NCBI GenBank assembly: GCA_964016885.1
Contig: OZ024741.1
Span: forward strand, 284,642,001 to 284,706,000
DNA length: 64,000 nucleotides
DNA from: Eledone cirrhosa
Lineage: Eukaryota
Reading direction: 5' to 3'
The notes under the pieces are model-generated. The model did not search any database, was not told where the DNA came from, and saw nothing but the letters and a program-made list of their open reading frames with translations. The stretch's first letter is position 1. Every line of letters starts with the position of its first letter. The position numbers and the translations under genes were made by a program. This document shows positions 41,366 to 54,689 of this stretch, piece by piece.

Positions 41366-42664
41366 CGTGTGGATGGGGAGGGGTCAGAGGCGTGGGGGAG
41401 GGGGCGTGTAGATTCCGGAGGCTGAGTGTGTATATGTGGGGATACGCACGTGTGCGTTGGTGTTTATAAGTGGTGTGGCTGTGGGTGGCGTGGTTCGAAA
41501 AAACATTGTGAGTGTTTGTTCGTGGGTAAGTTCCTAAGGTAGTTCCGTGGAGTGTGCGATGGGCTGCTGGATATTTTTCATGTTACGGAGTGGATAGCTG
41601 GAACGATGACCGGTCGTGTGGAATCCACAGGTTGTGGTGGTCGGAAGTGGAGAGAGGTGAGGTGCGCACGCAACAGGAAGTGGTCAGAGGGGCAAGGCAT
41701 GGTGAAGTGATAGCAATAGAGGAGGATGACAGGTGGAGAAATGGTCAGTGTGTGGTGTGGACTGTGTCTGTGTGTGCGGAGGTGCGGTGGACAGGGGAGA
41801 AGATGGGTAGGTGTGAAAGGTGGAGGGGGAGAGGGTCATGAAGGGATGGGGTGTGTATTAGTGGAGGTGTTAGTGGGACGTGCATGTGTGAAGGGGTGTG
41901 GATGGAGCGGGGAGAGGGAGAGGGGGAGAAAAGATGTTGCGGAGGGTAGAGGGAGTGAAGTGTACTGGTGTGTGTGTGAGTTTGGATGAGTGTGTGTGTG
42001 TGTTAAAGGGGGTGTTAGTGGGTGTTAGTAGACTGGTGGTGGGGAAAGGGTGGATGCGGGTGTGTAAGTGGGGGTTAGTGGTGGTTAGGTGTATGGAGTG
42101 GGTGGTGTATGTAGGTGTGTGTGTGTGTGTGGTGAAGGTGTGTGTTCGTGTGCGTGGGGTCGGGGGGATGTTAGTGATATTAGTTGTGGGGTGGTAGGAG
42201 TGGATGTGTGGGTGAGGGTTAGTGGTGGTAGTAAGGTGTGTGGATAGTGTGAGTGCGTGTATATATGTACAGGTGGTTGTGTGCGTGATGGGGGGAACGG
42301 TGGGGATGTTAGTATTGTTAGTTGGGGGAGGGGAGCGGGGGGTGTTAGTATTGTTAGTTATGGGGTGGGCCAAGGGGGTGGGGCGGCGAGAAGGAAGAGT
42401 GTGTTAGTGGTGTTAGTGGGGTATGTGTGTGTGATTGTGGGGGGAACAGGGCGGTCGAAGGCTAAAGGAAAGGGGTGGGGAATTCAGGCCGGTGGGTGTG
42501 TGGGTCTGTAGGGTGAAGATGGTGCGTTGTTCGACCGTATTCGGGTGGCGGGTGTTCCGTCACATTGGAGTAGGCCACAGCCTGTGAGGTGGTGGGCATA
42601 TATATATATAATATACAATATATGTATACAATGTATATATAATATGTAATATATAATATATATG

Positions 42665-42695
<31 letters not shown>

Positions 42696-43243
42696 GAATA
42701 AAGTTAGTCCTTCATCAGTGATCTTCCAACCATCATTGGTATTTCATCGCTTTAAAGACCATATACCTCCGGTTGGTGCGAGCAACGGCTAAAAAATGTC
42801 GTTGGGACACGTAAATAAAGGGGACACGAGAGTGTAAACAAACAAAGATGGTGAAGCAACGAAAAGTGAGGAAGAAGGAGTCAAGTCCCAAATTTCCATG
42901 AATATAAGTTCGGTGAAATCGTGAACGAGAGAGAATAAAGACCATCAAACCTGGTTAGAATGTGAGCAAGGAAGGAATTCCGTACAGGTCTAACGGGAGG
43001 AAGAAGGAATCTAGTCTGTGAATTCGGTGAACATAAGTTCTGTGAAATCGTAGACGAGAGAGAGAAAAAAAGGCGAACCAGCCTGACCAAGCGTGCGAAA
43101 GAAAAGAATTACGCACAGGTCAAACGGGAAGAAGGAGGAGGAGGAGAGGTAGTAACAGAGAGTGAGTGAGTGAAGGGTGAGGAAGAGGCTAACAGAGAGA
43201 GTGACTGTTATATATATATATATGTATATATATATGCATATAT

Positions 43244-43752
43244 ATGGTGGCTGCCAACTCGTTTTCGAGTACGGCCACTACTTTACATCCATGTGGGAGA
43301 ACCCCTACCGATGCGCTGAACGAGTGTAGCTTTTTAGTCCAGCCAGCGACTTGAAAACTCTGGTACAAACACTACACCTGTGACAATTATTGACATCTAG
43401 TGCTGGGCCCATGATACCATGTGACCCAAGGTGTCGTGTGAGATCACTACTCGACCCGCATACCTTTCCACAGACATTACATGTCGTCGTCTGATGAACA
43501 CTTATAACTCCACATGTGCCTGCTTCCCTGTTCTTGTCCACTCTCAGGTGACTCTTTAGACCTGCCATGCTCAGATAAAACCCTATTACAGGTCTCACAT
43601 GTCAGGTCAGGCCGTCTGTCAGTACCTTCGGGCAGGACAACACGGATTCCTTTCCGGACATCTCTTTTTAGTGTCGCGTGCCTTCTTCTTGTTTCCGCAA
43701 ATAGACTCTTGCCGCTAGCCAGTGCTTTCCTCCAATGCGATCGGTCGCAGGC
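43244..43752 (-). mobile_element. 3' fragment of a second RTE subfamily with C2H2 fingers and hairpin tail
   Basis: [34 protein letters not shown]; tail GTGGCCGTACTCGAAAACGAGTTGGCAGCCACC. Confidence 0.85.
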
Positions 43753-43778
43753 GCATATATATATATATATAAATATAT

Positions 43779-43916
<138 letters not shown>

Positions 43917-44100
43917 ATGTATAAATATATACATATATATGTATTTGGATTTAATGCTCTGAAATAGCGATATATATGTGAAGATAAACACATTCTAATT
44001 TCTGCCGGACCGGCAACCGCTCTTTCAAACCAGTTCCTGTACACAGCTAAGTATTCTATAAGTCTCTAGCTGTGTCATTCTCGATAAAAGCATTGGATAT

Positions 44101-44143
44101 GTAATCCTGATGATTTCTAATAAGAATGAAACGCGTAGGTTAC
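44101..44143 (+). ncRNA. Minimal hammerhead ribozyme with canonical core
   Basis: GTAATC-CTGATGA-tTTCT(aata)AGAAt-GAAA-CGCG-TA-GGTTAC. Confidence 0.85.
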
Positions 44144-44879
44144 TTCCCTTGCTTTTATCGAGAATCTCAAATTGTAATACGTGACGTATTCTATTCTATA
44201 GCGATTAGGTCTTCAAAATGTTTATTATAAACATACGGAATATTTTCGAATATTCTGTGTTTATCTTCATATATATGTATATATATATATATCCATCCCT
44301 CCCACTATAAACAATTTATTTCTCTTTAACTCACTATAATCTAAATCAACGACATGAAGTCTACGTATCAAAACTGATCAAGGAATCGTTCCACCTCTAC
44401 CCCTCCCTCCATCTCAGTTTGTCACTCTACTTCCTAACTCTTCTCCCTCTTCCTCTCTCTCTATACTATTCCGTTTGTCCCTCCACTTTCTAATTCCTCT
44501 TCTTCTCTCTCTATACTAGTAAATACAATTCCAAAAAAATGTTTTTCTCTATATATTAAAAACTTTTTTAAGAGTAACTTACTCACTATTTGGAAAATTT
44601 GGACGTGAACAACAATTATCATTGAGTGGCTGCTATTTGCAGTATAGCAATATAAGGTTGCACTTACCAATGAAACGGTCGTAAATACCTGGATACAATT
44701 CTTTTATTAATGCTTACCTGTGTTTTCTCTTATATATATATACATACTTATATATATATATGTACATAAGTCGGCAGACCTCACAAACATTCTATATCTC
44801 TGTGATGTAGTGTTTTTGAAGCAGTTGGGTATGATATATCTTATTACTAATTATATCTAATGCTTCTTCTCTCTTCATA

Positions 44880-44957
<78 letters not shown>

Positions 44958-45259
44958 ATATATATATGTGTGTGTATACACACACACACACACATACGCA
45001 TACATATATACCCATATATATTCCTGTAGAGCACGCACATGACCACCGATATATATGAACAGAGTGAGGGGAGGGGAGGGGCAGAATGGGAACGACAGAG
45101 AACGGACACAGTGGGTGAAAGTAAATAAAAGAGTGTGATGGAAAAAAATAAAATGGAAAAAATAAACTAGAAACAAACGAAAATGACAGAGTTGATATAC
45201 GAGAGAAAAAGAGTGAGAGAGAGAGCGTGTGTGTGTGTGTGTGTCTGTCTGTCTGTGTA

Positions 45260-45290
<31 letters not shown>

Positions 45291-45395
45291 TGAGAGAGAG
45301 AGAGAGAGAGAGAGAAAGAGTTATGATACAGTTAAGAGGGCAACATACATAGATGATAAATCGTTGTATCTCACACACACACACACACTTACAAT

Positions 45396-45435
<40 letters not shown>

Positions 45436-45613
45436 TCTCATCTTTAATTTACGAGAACTGTTTCATTCCTGGGGATTTCATACGAATGAAACAGTTCTAG
45501 TCGTGTATAAGTAATTTCTCTATTAAATGGATATGCCTATACTCTACGAGCGTATTGATTACCTTTTGTATCTGTGGTCACCTCATAATATCCATCGGGA
45601 ATCCAGCCATAAT

Positions 45614-45645
<32 letters not shown>

Positions 45646-46070
45646 TGTATGTATGTATGTATGTATGTATGTATGTATTTATGTATGTCACACTTGTTTA
45701 GCGCATCGGTAGGGGTTCTCCTACATGGATATAAAGTAGTGGCCGTACTCGAAAATGAGTTGGCAGCCACCATGTATTTATGTATGTATGCATGTTTGTA
45801 CGATTATATGTATGTATGTTTATATGTATGTATGTTTATATGTATGTATTTATGTATGTATGCATGTTTGTACGATTATATGTATGTATGCATGTTTATA
45901 TGTACGTATGCATGTATGTATGATTATGTGTTATGTATGTATGTATATACGTTTTTATGTATGCATGTATGCATGTATGTATGAATGTGTGTGTGTATAT
46001 TTGTATGTGTATATGTATGTATGTGTGTGTGTGTATGTCTGTGTATCTATGCATGTATGTATGTATGTCA

Positions 46071-46148
46071 GGTCACCAGTTGGTGCTACTGGTAACATGT
46101 ATCCCAGTACAACCTGTCTCATGGCCGGGTCGTTGGCGACTAAACTGG
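46071..46148 (+). ncRNA. Candidate HDV-like ribozyme at the RTE 5' end; more decayed copy from 46769
   Basis: P1 GGTCA/TGGCC, P2 CCAG/CTGG, P1.1 CC/GG, P4 TCG(ttgg)CGA, J4/2 CTAA; P3 imperfect. Confidence 0.5.
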
Positions 46149-46665
46149 CAACCCCACCAAGGTTTCTTGGTGAGGAGGGTGACTTTGAACATCCTGCAGG
46201 ACTAAAAACAAAACCTGTCAAAGGGCAAAGGAGCTCTTAAGAGTCAATGGCCATCCAAAATCACCGGGAGAGATGACCCCTTAGCCTTTGTCAAGGCAGA
46301 ATTCTAGGAGAAGGAAAACTCTGATATAACACCTGCAACCCTGATGGTTTCCAATGATGTTGACTTGTTATTCTTTTTGGTAAATATCATCTTGGTTAAG
46401 AGAGTGGGACTGGGTTTGTGCAGTGCCTTTGCTCACTATAAAAGCTTCACGGCACAGGCATTGCTTATATCTGGAGATCTCTCTGCACTTGTCATTACTT
46501 GGCCCAGTACTATGTGTCAATAATTGTCACAGGTGTAGTGTTTGTACCAGAGTTTTCAAGTCGCTGGCTGGACTAAAAGTCACACTTGTTTAGCGCATCG
46601 GTAGGGGTTCTCCTACATGGATATAAGGTAGTGGCCGTACTCGAAAACGAGTTGGCAGCCACCAT
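46071..46665 (+). mobile_element. Non-autonomous RTE derivative (5'UTR fused to the last ~150 nt); neighbouring pieces at 45688-45772, 46769-46955 and 47090-47390
   Basis: CTAGGAGAAGGAAAACTCTG RTE-type 5'UTR motif; 46516-46665 matches the reverse complement of 43244-43395; (ATGT)n between units. Confidence 0.8.
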
Positions 46666-47710
46666 GTATGCATGTATGTATGATTATATGTATGCATGTA
46701 TATACGCTTTTATGTATGCATGTATGTACGTATGCGTGTATGTATTATGTATGTATGTATGTATGTCGGGTCATTCTTGATTGCTATTGGTAACATGTAA
46801 TCCAGTACAACCTGTCGCATGGTCGGGTCGTCGGCAAGTAAACCGGCAACCCCACCAAGTTTACTTGGTGAGGAGGGTGATATTGGACACCCTGCAGGCC
46901 CCAAAACAAAACTGACAAAGGGCGGAAGAACTCATAAGAGTCAACGGCCATCCGAAAGTGTGTAAATATGTATATACACATGTACATATGTACATATGTA
47001 TGTATACATGGATGCATGTGTATGTATATGCGCGGGGACATAGAAATAGTCGGGCTGGACACCCGATCGCGGGGTTAAACCACTGGGAGTGAAGGACCCC
47101 TAGCCTTTGTCAGGGCTTCTTCCAGGAGGAGGCAACTCAGGAAAGTGGGATAATTCCGATATAAAACATGCGGTTCAGTAGTTACCAATGATATTGATCT
47201 TTTCTTCTTTTCGGGTTATAGCTATTGCCGCTCAGAGAGTGGGATTGGCTCAGTGCACAGTCTTTCCTCACTTTAAAAAATATCTTCACGCACAGGCATT
47301 GCACGATAGAATTAATTAATAATTAATAATTATTAATAATGGTATATCGTGCAATGGTCATACTCGATAACGAGGGGGCAGCCATCATGTATGTATGTAT
47401 ATATGTATGTTCTTCTGGTTTTATAATTTCACAAATTTTGTATGTATGTATGTATGTATGTATGTATGTATGTATGTATGTATGTATACATGTATGAATA
47501 TGTGTATGCATGTATGTGTGTGTATGTATGTATGCATGCATGTATGATTATATGTATGTATATACGTTTTCATGTATGCATGTATATGTGTGTGTATGTT
47601 TGTATGTGTGTGTATGTACGTATGTATGTGTGTGTGTATGCATGTATGTATGTGTGTGTGTATGTATGTATGTATGTGTGTGTGTGTGTATGTATGTATG
47701 TATGCATGTA

Positions 47711-47747
<37 letters not shown>

Positions 47748-47917
47748 ATGTATGTGTGTGTGTGTGTGTATGTATTTATGTATGAATGTATGTTTGTGTG
47801 TGTGTGTATGTATGTGAGTGTGTGTGTGTATGTATGTATGTATGTATGTATGTATGTATGTATGTATGTATGTATGTATGTATGTATGTATGTATGTATG
47901 CATATATGTGACTTAGC

Positions 47918-48500
47918 CCTATCCACAGGTACACAGAAACCTTACTATTAGCCGAATGAAAGACTAAAATATATTCCCAGAGGATCTTGCCATCTGCATG
48001 ACGTTTTTAACAATCTCGCACCTAATATTATCCAAAGATTCTCGGACCTATCATCTAATAGAGAAATATTTGAGAAGGTAGCGCCATATTATATCATGGC
48101 CCTCCGTGATTGTGGATTCAGAGAAGAGGTCAAGTATATACCCTATAGATCATACCCTATAGATCATAAAGAAACAGGAAAATCCTTCCCCCCCACCCAT
48201 TATACTCACTGAATGTGAGGACTAATGTAGGTAAGAAATTCTTAGACCTAATAGATAGGCATCCCCCCCCCCCACATCATAGGTACAGTAAGATCTTTAA
48301 TCGCTGCTCAGTAAGGATATATGATTCTTGCCCACAAACAATGAGATAAAAAATGACCGCAAAGAACAAACCTGATGTAATTCCAGTATGTTCTTGTAGG
48401 CTAAAAGACAACTGTCTATTACAGCAAAACTGTAATGTATAGTTTATTGTGTACAAGACAGAGCTTAGATATATCAACACCAACCAGCCAGAAACCTGTG
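47918..48500 (+). pseudogene. Degenerate PLE RT C-terminus/linker fragment
   Basis: RFSDLSSNREIFEKVAPYY..AL..CGF; RTNVGKKFLDLIDRH; CSCRLKDNC. Confidence 0.7.
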
Positions 48501-48516
48501 AAAATCCCCGAGCACG

Positions 48517-48568
<52 letters not shown>

Positions 48569-48717
48569 CACACAAACGCACACACACACACACATACACA
48601 CACACAAATACACAAAGACACACACACACATATACACACATACGTGCACGCGCGCATACACACACAAACACACACACACACACTACATATACAACATAAC
48701 AAATAACATCGAATATT

Positions 48718-49612
48718 TGAGTGTTCAGGTTTTAATTTTGAGGAAATTTTACAAAACGTTTCTAAAAAGAGGTTTAATATTTACAAAATTACGTTACACA
48801 AATTACATAACTCATGTATTCTTGGGTCATCTTCGCCTTATGAAATAGCGCAGTCTTGTTGGGATATGTACAATCTATTTTGTTCACGCTCTCTATCCAA
48901 AACTTCACAACCCTCTTTCCTCATTCCGTATAGTTAGCAGCATTGGCCCTCAAGCGCCGAGGCATGACACTCCCCTTATTGCTCACGACTCTCAGAATCA
49001 TCATAGTTGACGAAAGCTTTGTGTGCATGGCCATTAAAAGGTTTTTAGGGTTTCTACATAGCCATCTTCGGTTTACCTTTTGGTCCTGGTCAAGGTTTTT
49101 CTCATCAGAAGAAAATCCAAAGCACTTCAGGCTCTTGATGTTTCAACTTTCTCAACAAGCTCTTTGGGCGAATCAAATGGTTATCTTTTGTCATCGCATC
49201 ACATATGACTTGCATCGGATCTCCAGATGCGCAAGTCTGCAGTTAGTCTGCTTTGAAACCGTGAGATCCTTAACAGTGGTGCTAAGTGGCTTTCTGGAGT
49301 TCCTTTCAATAATTGTCTACACTTCCCGTACAACATTGGGTGTTCTGATGGTATTAGGAACATTAGCAAATGTTTTATTACATTTGCTTATTGCTGTAGA
49401 ATCTCCGTCAGTGGCAACCAGGTCTTTGTGAACTTTGACAACAAACGACTGTGCAACATTCGGGAAGCGAGCTCTATGCACTTTCTTTCAGGCAACTATT
49501 ATAGCATGTCTTTTTTCATTTGCTGATGTATTTTGATGTCTGTTATAATTTATCTCAAAAGAAATGATAAAATGCTACAGCTATCTAAAGACGTGTCCTC
49601 AAAGAACTGAGA

Positions 49613-49618
<6 letters not shown>
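48718..49618 (-). mobile_element. Degenerate Tc1/mariner DNA transposon
   Basis: Minus strand SSDEKNLDQDQKVNRRW (first catalytic D region); decayed inverted ends TTTGAGGA/TCCTCAAA. Confidence 0.55.
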
Positions 49619-49667
<49 letters not shown>

Positions 49668-49700
49668 ATGTGTGTGTATGTGCGTGTGTGTGTGTGTGTG

Positions 49701-49734
<34 letters not shown>

Positions 49735-49736
<2 letters not shown>

Positions 49737-50225
49737 CTAACAACTATCGGTGTACATGGCTGAATACAATAAATGTAATCTGAGTCTTTCGAATATTAAT
49801 AATAATATTCGATTCGTTTGCAATTATGCAAACAGCCTCTTTTATAACCCATGTCAGTATAATTAGCCCCTCATTCTCGCTCTTTTGTTGACATGCAAAC
49901 AGAACTGCTGACACTAATGTTTTTGGGTGATTACCCTTCATCAGTGCAGTTTACTGCTTTCCTGCCAACTGTCAGAGGACGTGAAAATATATGATATTTT
50001 CTGAAATATACACTGACTGATCGGCCTGATTTGCATATTAGCAGACTGGGCGATTAGCCATATTTGCATATCAGCCGATAGGCCAGTCAGTTGCATGTAT
50101 ACGAGCGATTGATGCCCGGCTTCGCCATATTCAAATAACTAAAGACTAGTTATCGCTCTACATGGCTGAATACAATAAATGTAATCTACGTCTTTCGAAT
50201 ATTAGCAATAATATTTGATTCGTAT
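49735..50225 (-). repeat. About 1.2 copies of a 406-nt unit with a decayed hammerhead at 49904-49950
   Basis: Direct repeat at 49753 and 50159; ACTGCa-CTGATGA-aGGGT(aatc)ACCCa-aAAA-CA(ttag)TG-TC-aGCAGT. Confidence 0.7.
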
Positions 50226-50257
50226 GGTATCTTAAATGGTATATATATATAAATATA

Positions 50258-50662
50258 TAAAAGAAATAAGATTTCGCTTCAAGCATAGCTTTGTACAAAA
50301 ATGTATAGACATTTCGTATTTCTAAAGAAACACGGTTTTAGGAAGCTGTAGCTATGCAAACACTGGGAGGCTAACGTCCTCTTGTGGTGTCCAGCAGAAG
50401 CAAGGGGGACAACCGTCTATGTATTTCAGGATTGACTGGCCTTCTTCAGGACGGTCCCTCCCACCGCTTGCTACTGCTGGACTTGAAAAAGGTCGAGAAT
50501 ATATACTTTTCTCGTCTGTGTAAATGAGGTGATTAATCTCATTTGCATATGAAGCTGCATAAGTTGGCTCAACTTATAATAGAAAAGAAATAAGATTTCG
50601 CTTCAAGCATAGCTTTATACACAAATGTATAAAAATTTCGTATTTTTAAAGAAACACGGTTA
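50258..50662 (-). repeat. About 1.25 copies of a 324-nt unit with a hammerhead at 50412-50455
   Basis: Direct repeat at 50261 and 50585; ACCGTC-CTGAAGA-AGG(..)CCT-GAAA-TACA-TA-GACGGT; TA flanks. Confidence 0.8.
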
Positions 50663-51417
50663 TATATATATATATATATATACCATTTAAGTTAGTTTGA
50701 TTACCAGTGGGTAGAACTGGTGGTTCTGGTTGGTAAAACATGATGTAACAAATCAGTCAAAGTACTCACGTTATGCAAGTCATCCATCGTACATGTGGTA
50801 CCCAGTGGTTGGTGCAGGAACGGAGTAAAGTATTTATTAAACAACAACAGAAGGCCGGACAGGAACATTTACTTAACGATTTTAATTCCGTGAAATCACT
50901 ATATGTATTTTGATGGTCCAGCTCCATCATCCAAATATGATGCAAAAAAGGCAACTTCCACAGAATTACATAACTGGGTCACGTTGACACCAAGCATATA
51001 ATGGAAAATAGGGGAAAAGAGAATGGAAAATTGAAGATTGAAAAATCGATTCGGGAACTGCCTGTAAAAAAACTCTTGTACTGGTAGGAGGAGACTGCCT
51101 CCTACCAATACCACCAATACAACCAATGAAGAACTAACGTCTAAAACTTTAAGCATCTTTTCCTATTATATCAAGCATTAAACTAATATATATATATTTC
51201 GTTCTGCTGTATCATTTTGCTGCGTTGATTATCCATTTACCTTTCACATAGATACACACATGTATATTTGTATATGTATGTGTGTTTATTATATTACACA
51301 CACACACACATATATATATATATATGTATGTATATATATATATATATATATGTAATATATATATATATATATGTATATATATGTGAGAAAAACCACAAAC
51401 TCTCCATCTAAATTCTA

Positions 51418-51453
51418 CTTTTGAAAAGCAGAAGAACTGCGAAACCGGTAAAG
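51418..51453 (+). ncRNA. Minimal hammerhead, U3-A8 variant (same family as 3294)
   Basis: CTT-TTGAAAA-GCAG(aagaa)CTGC-GAAA-CCGG-TA-AAG. Confidence 0.7.
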
Positions 51454-51614
51454 GAACCAAATAAATATATATTGTTTTAAAAAAAGACTCCAATTGCATT
51501 TTCGATTTCATCATCTTTTTTCCTTATACTTTCACTCGTGTAGGACACCTCGTTTTTTTTCATTTTATAAAATAACAAAAACAAAAAAACAAAAAAAAAC
51601 CCCCTCACTTTCTA

Positions 51615-51667
<53 letters not shown>

Positions 51668-51670
<3 letters not shown>

Positions 51671-52071
51671 GAGGGTAATCCCAAAAGTAAGGTCTCCAAA
51701 GCGATGGGGACGCAGAGAAACTGTTCGTACGGCTGTTGTGATTGGTGCGACTGTTGTGATTGGTGCTTCCTTCACTCATAAACAAGCATGCGCGTGCTTC
51801 GCTGGGATGCTCAATCTTGGCTTGACAGCCGTTGAGAATGGAGCTCCTGTTGAACGCTACCGCCAAGTGCGAATTTCACGCAGTTATTATATACGAGGGC
51901 AATCTCAAAAGTAAGGTCTCCTTCCGAGGAAAACATGCATAAAGATCGGCGGATCACTCTGGATGCTCTCTGCATTTTGGTTTCTGGGGTCTCCCGAAGC
52001 ACCACCCACAGGATTTTAACGGAAAAGTAGCAATATCGGAAGGAGACCTTACTTTTGGGACTGACCTCGTA
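51668..52071. mobile_element. Mariner-type MITE with two left TIRs and one right TIR
   Basis: TACGAGGG(T/C)AATC(C/T)CAAAAGTAAGGTCTCC at 51668 and 51891; reverse complement at 52042-52071. Confidence 0.8.
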
Positions 52072-52299
52072 TGTATGTATGTATGTATGTATGTATGTAT
52101 GTATGTATGTATGTATGTATGTATGTATGTATGTATGTATGTATGTATGTATGTATGTATGTATGTGTGTGTGTTTGTGCGTATTCATATATAAATTAAT
52201 CCGGCTAAGAGTCTACTATTGATTCAAATGGAACGTTTACTTCATATTTGAGTTAAATATTGTAAACAAAAGAGGGTGAGAATTATACAAATATATTGA

Positions 52300-53830
52300 A
52301 AACAAAGCTCTAGGCTCTGCGCTTATAGTAAAAGCAATTTGAAAGACGTACATTTACTATAAATTTAGGTTGCTTTTACTGATTTAAATGGAGCTATGTA
52401 AAACTCCAGGCAACGCTGCGAAAGTTTATGAAGTGTTGTTGCTAGGTTTTAAGAAATTGTACAAAAAAAAGAAGGTAAGAAACATGTCGAAGAAGATGAT
52501 TGCGTTGATTTGCATATATTTAACATCGCCGAAAGGGGTCCTGTTTTAGAAAAAGTGTCAACCTGATCTGTTTATATGTGAAAAGTTTCGACAACGATAC
52601 TAATTCGCCAAAGGTCGATTTGCTTATTTTAGTAAGATGTAACGCAGAAGGAAATTTTAAATTGAAGTATATCCTAGTGTATTGTGCTCAAATTCCTCGG
52701 GTTTATGAGACACTAGTATCTAAAAGGGGGCGAATAATAACTAATTAATAAGCTTTTATGGATCTATGCCTGTTATTTCTCCAGAGATTTGTTTTCCGCA
52801 TGAATTCAGATGCTCCATACATGCATCGAATGTTTACCAGATATTTAGTTCGCACATCTTTGTATATTGTTTGAAATGTATTGTAAGAAAAGTAACCATA
52901 GTTTTAAAACACTCATTACCTTAAATTATGCTGCAGGTTATCCCAATGCTTTGGTAAATTTGAATCAAAATGTCAAATTAGTAGTTATGCCTCCAAATAA
53001 AACGTCCTTATTTCAACTAATAAATCAAGAAAGCATTGCGATATTTAAATTACCTACATCACTATTTTGATCAAGCACTCAAAGCAACATCTGGAGAAAA
53101 TGTAATTTCCTGTGTAAATATTTGGAATAAAATACTATATACAGTCGGTCATTAAAATCATTAAATTTCCTTGAAAAGAGGTTATTGCTTGTAAGATACG
53201 AGCTATATGGAAGTTTTATTTGGCACAGTATAAAAATCTCATTGGTGGTTTCAATCCCACTGACCAAACAGATGACGATATAACTACTGTCAGGAAACGA
53301 CTTGGATTTGAAGAAGTAGATAAACATATTGTGCGAGAATTGATTGATTCAAGTAGAGCAGAATTAAGTAATGAAGTTCTTCAACTCGATGAGAAAATTA
53401 TATGGTAAGCAAAGAAGATGAAAAAGGTTGTAAATTACCAGCGAGAAAAGATTTCATCACAACAATTAAATACTGGAACTTGTTGAATCTACTTAAGAAT
53501 ATGTTTTAAACCTTAATCCAGTCTTGAGCAGAAGTGTGGAAATTGACATGCATCTGAACAAATAGGTTCCTTCGCAAAGTAAATTGTACAATGAAAAAGA
53601 AAAAAAAAAAAAAATGAAATCCGTTCAGTTAATTTTGCGTAAAAGTTTCTCTAAGAAATAATTCCGTTAAGATATAATTATGAAATAATTAAATATTACA
53701 ATAAATTTTATCAAACATAATATAAATGCGTTAAAACGTGTTTTAAAAACGTAATGAATGATCGTATGTGGCATAAGCACATTGAGAATATTCCCATCGA
53801 TTATGTTCAACGCAAACTCGTATTATGTGA
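52300..53830 (+). mobile_element. Degenerate pogo/Tigger transposase (DDE_1)
   Basis: CNAEGNFKLK; LNYAAGYP..NVKLVVMPPNKTSLFQLINQ..IAIFK resembles DNAPGHP..PPNTTSLLQPMDQG. Boundaries approximate. Confidence 0.7.
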
Positions 53831-54689
53831 GATAGAATACATAAGATAGATTGAATGTAGATGTAGATACAGGATTATATGACTCGCTGTGTAAGCACAT
53901 TTTCTACTATTCCCTTTACCCTTAGACAAACAGTTCAGAAATGTTTGTCTCTCCATCAGAAATTACCTTGCCCGATGCTTCCATCTACAAAAATATCTTT
54001 ATAGCAAGCCCTATTTATGCCAAACAGGATGTAGATATAACAACTGAAATGGCCAGTCGTGAGAGAGAGAGAGGAAGAGAGGAAGTGGAGGAAGGGGAGA
54101 ACGAATCCACGAAAAGTATTAAAATAGGGAATACACACATACAAGAAGAGAGAGAGAGAGAGAGAGAGAAAAGGAAAAGAAAAAGAGAGAGAAAAAGAGA
54201 GCTGAGCCCACACATTACTTTAAAGTTTAAAGTATCCCAGTTTTATACAAATTTATATAGTAAATAACAACGCATCTTTGAATCTGTGTTACAGAGAGGG
54301 GCGTATGGTGTTATCACTTGTAATACGATATGGCGTAGACAGGTGTGGACGGTGTAGTAGAAAATGCAGATTTAGAATTTTCGTTAGAGTGATCAGAGTA
54401 AGAAGTAAGTCTGTCAGCTTGTCAAACATATATCAAGCAGTCATTGAATATGGCTGCCAGTATTGAGTGGACAGACTTTATATTCTTAGTCCAATATCCT
54501 TGCACACAATCCAAGCCAGGTGATTTCCAGATGGTTAATTTATTGGCTTGCTTTTTAAGGGTTTTAACTGAGAAACTCAAATCAGGTTAGTGGGCGTGCT
54601 TTTTCATTTATCTCCGTTTTAACAAACTCAATCCACTCTGCCCGAATGTTATGCTCGCCTTATGCGGAATAAGCTCAATATATTTACAA

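Noticed and set aside
44587-44688. Signal peptide plus LYCY (Ly6/three-finger-like) exon
   Set aside because: The cysteine pattern is not maintained in a single frame.
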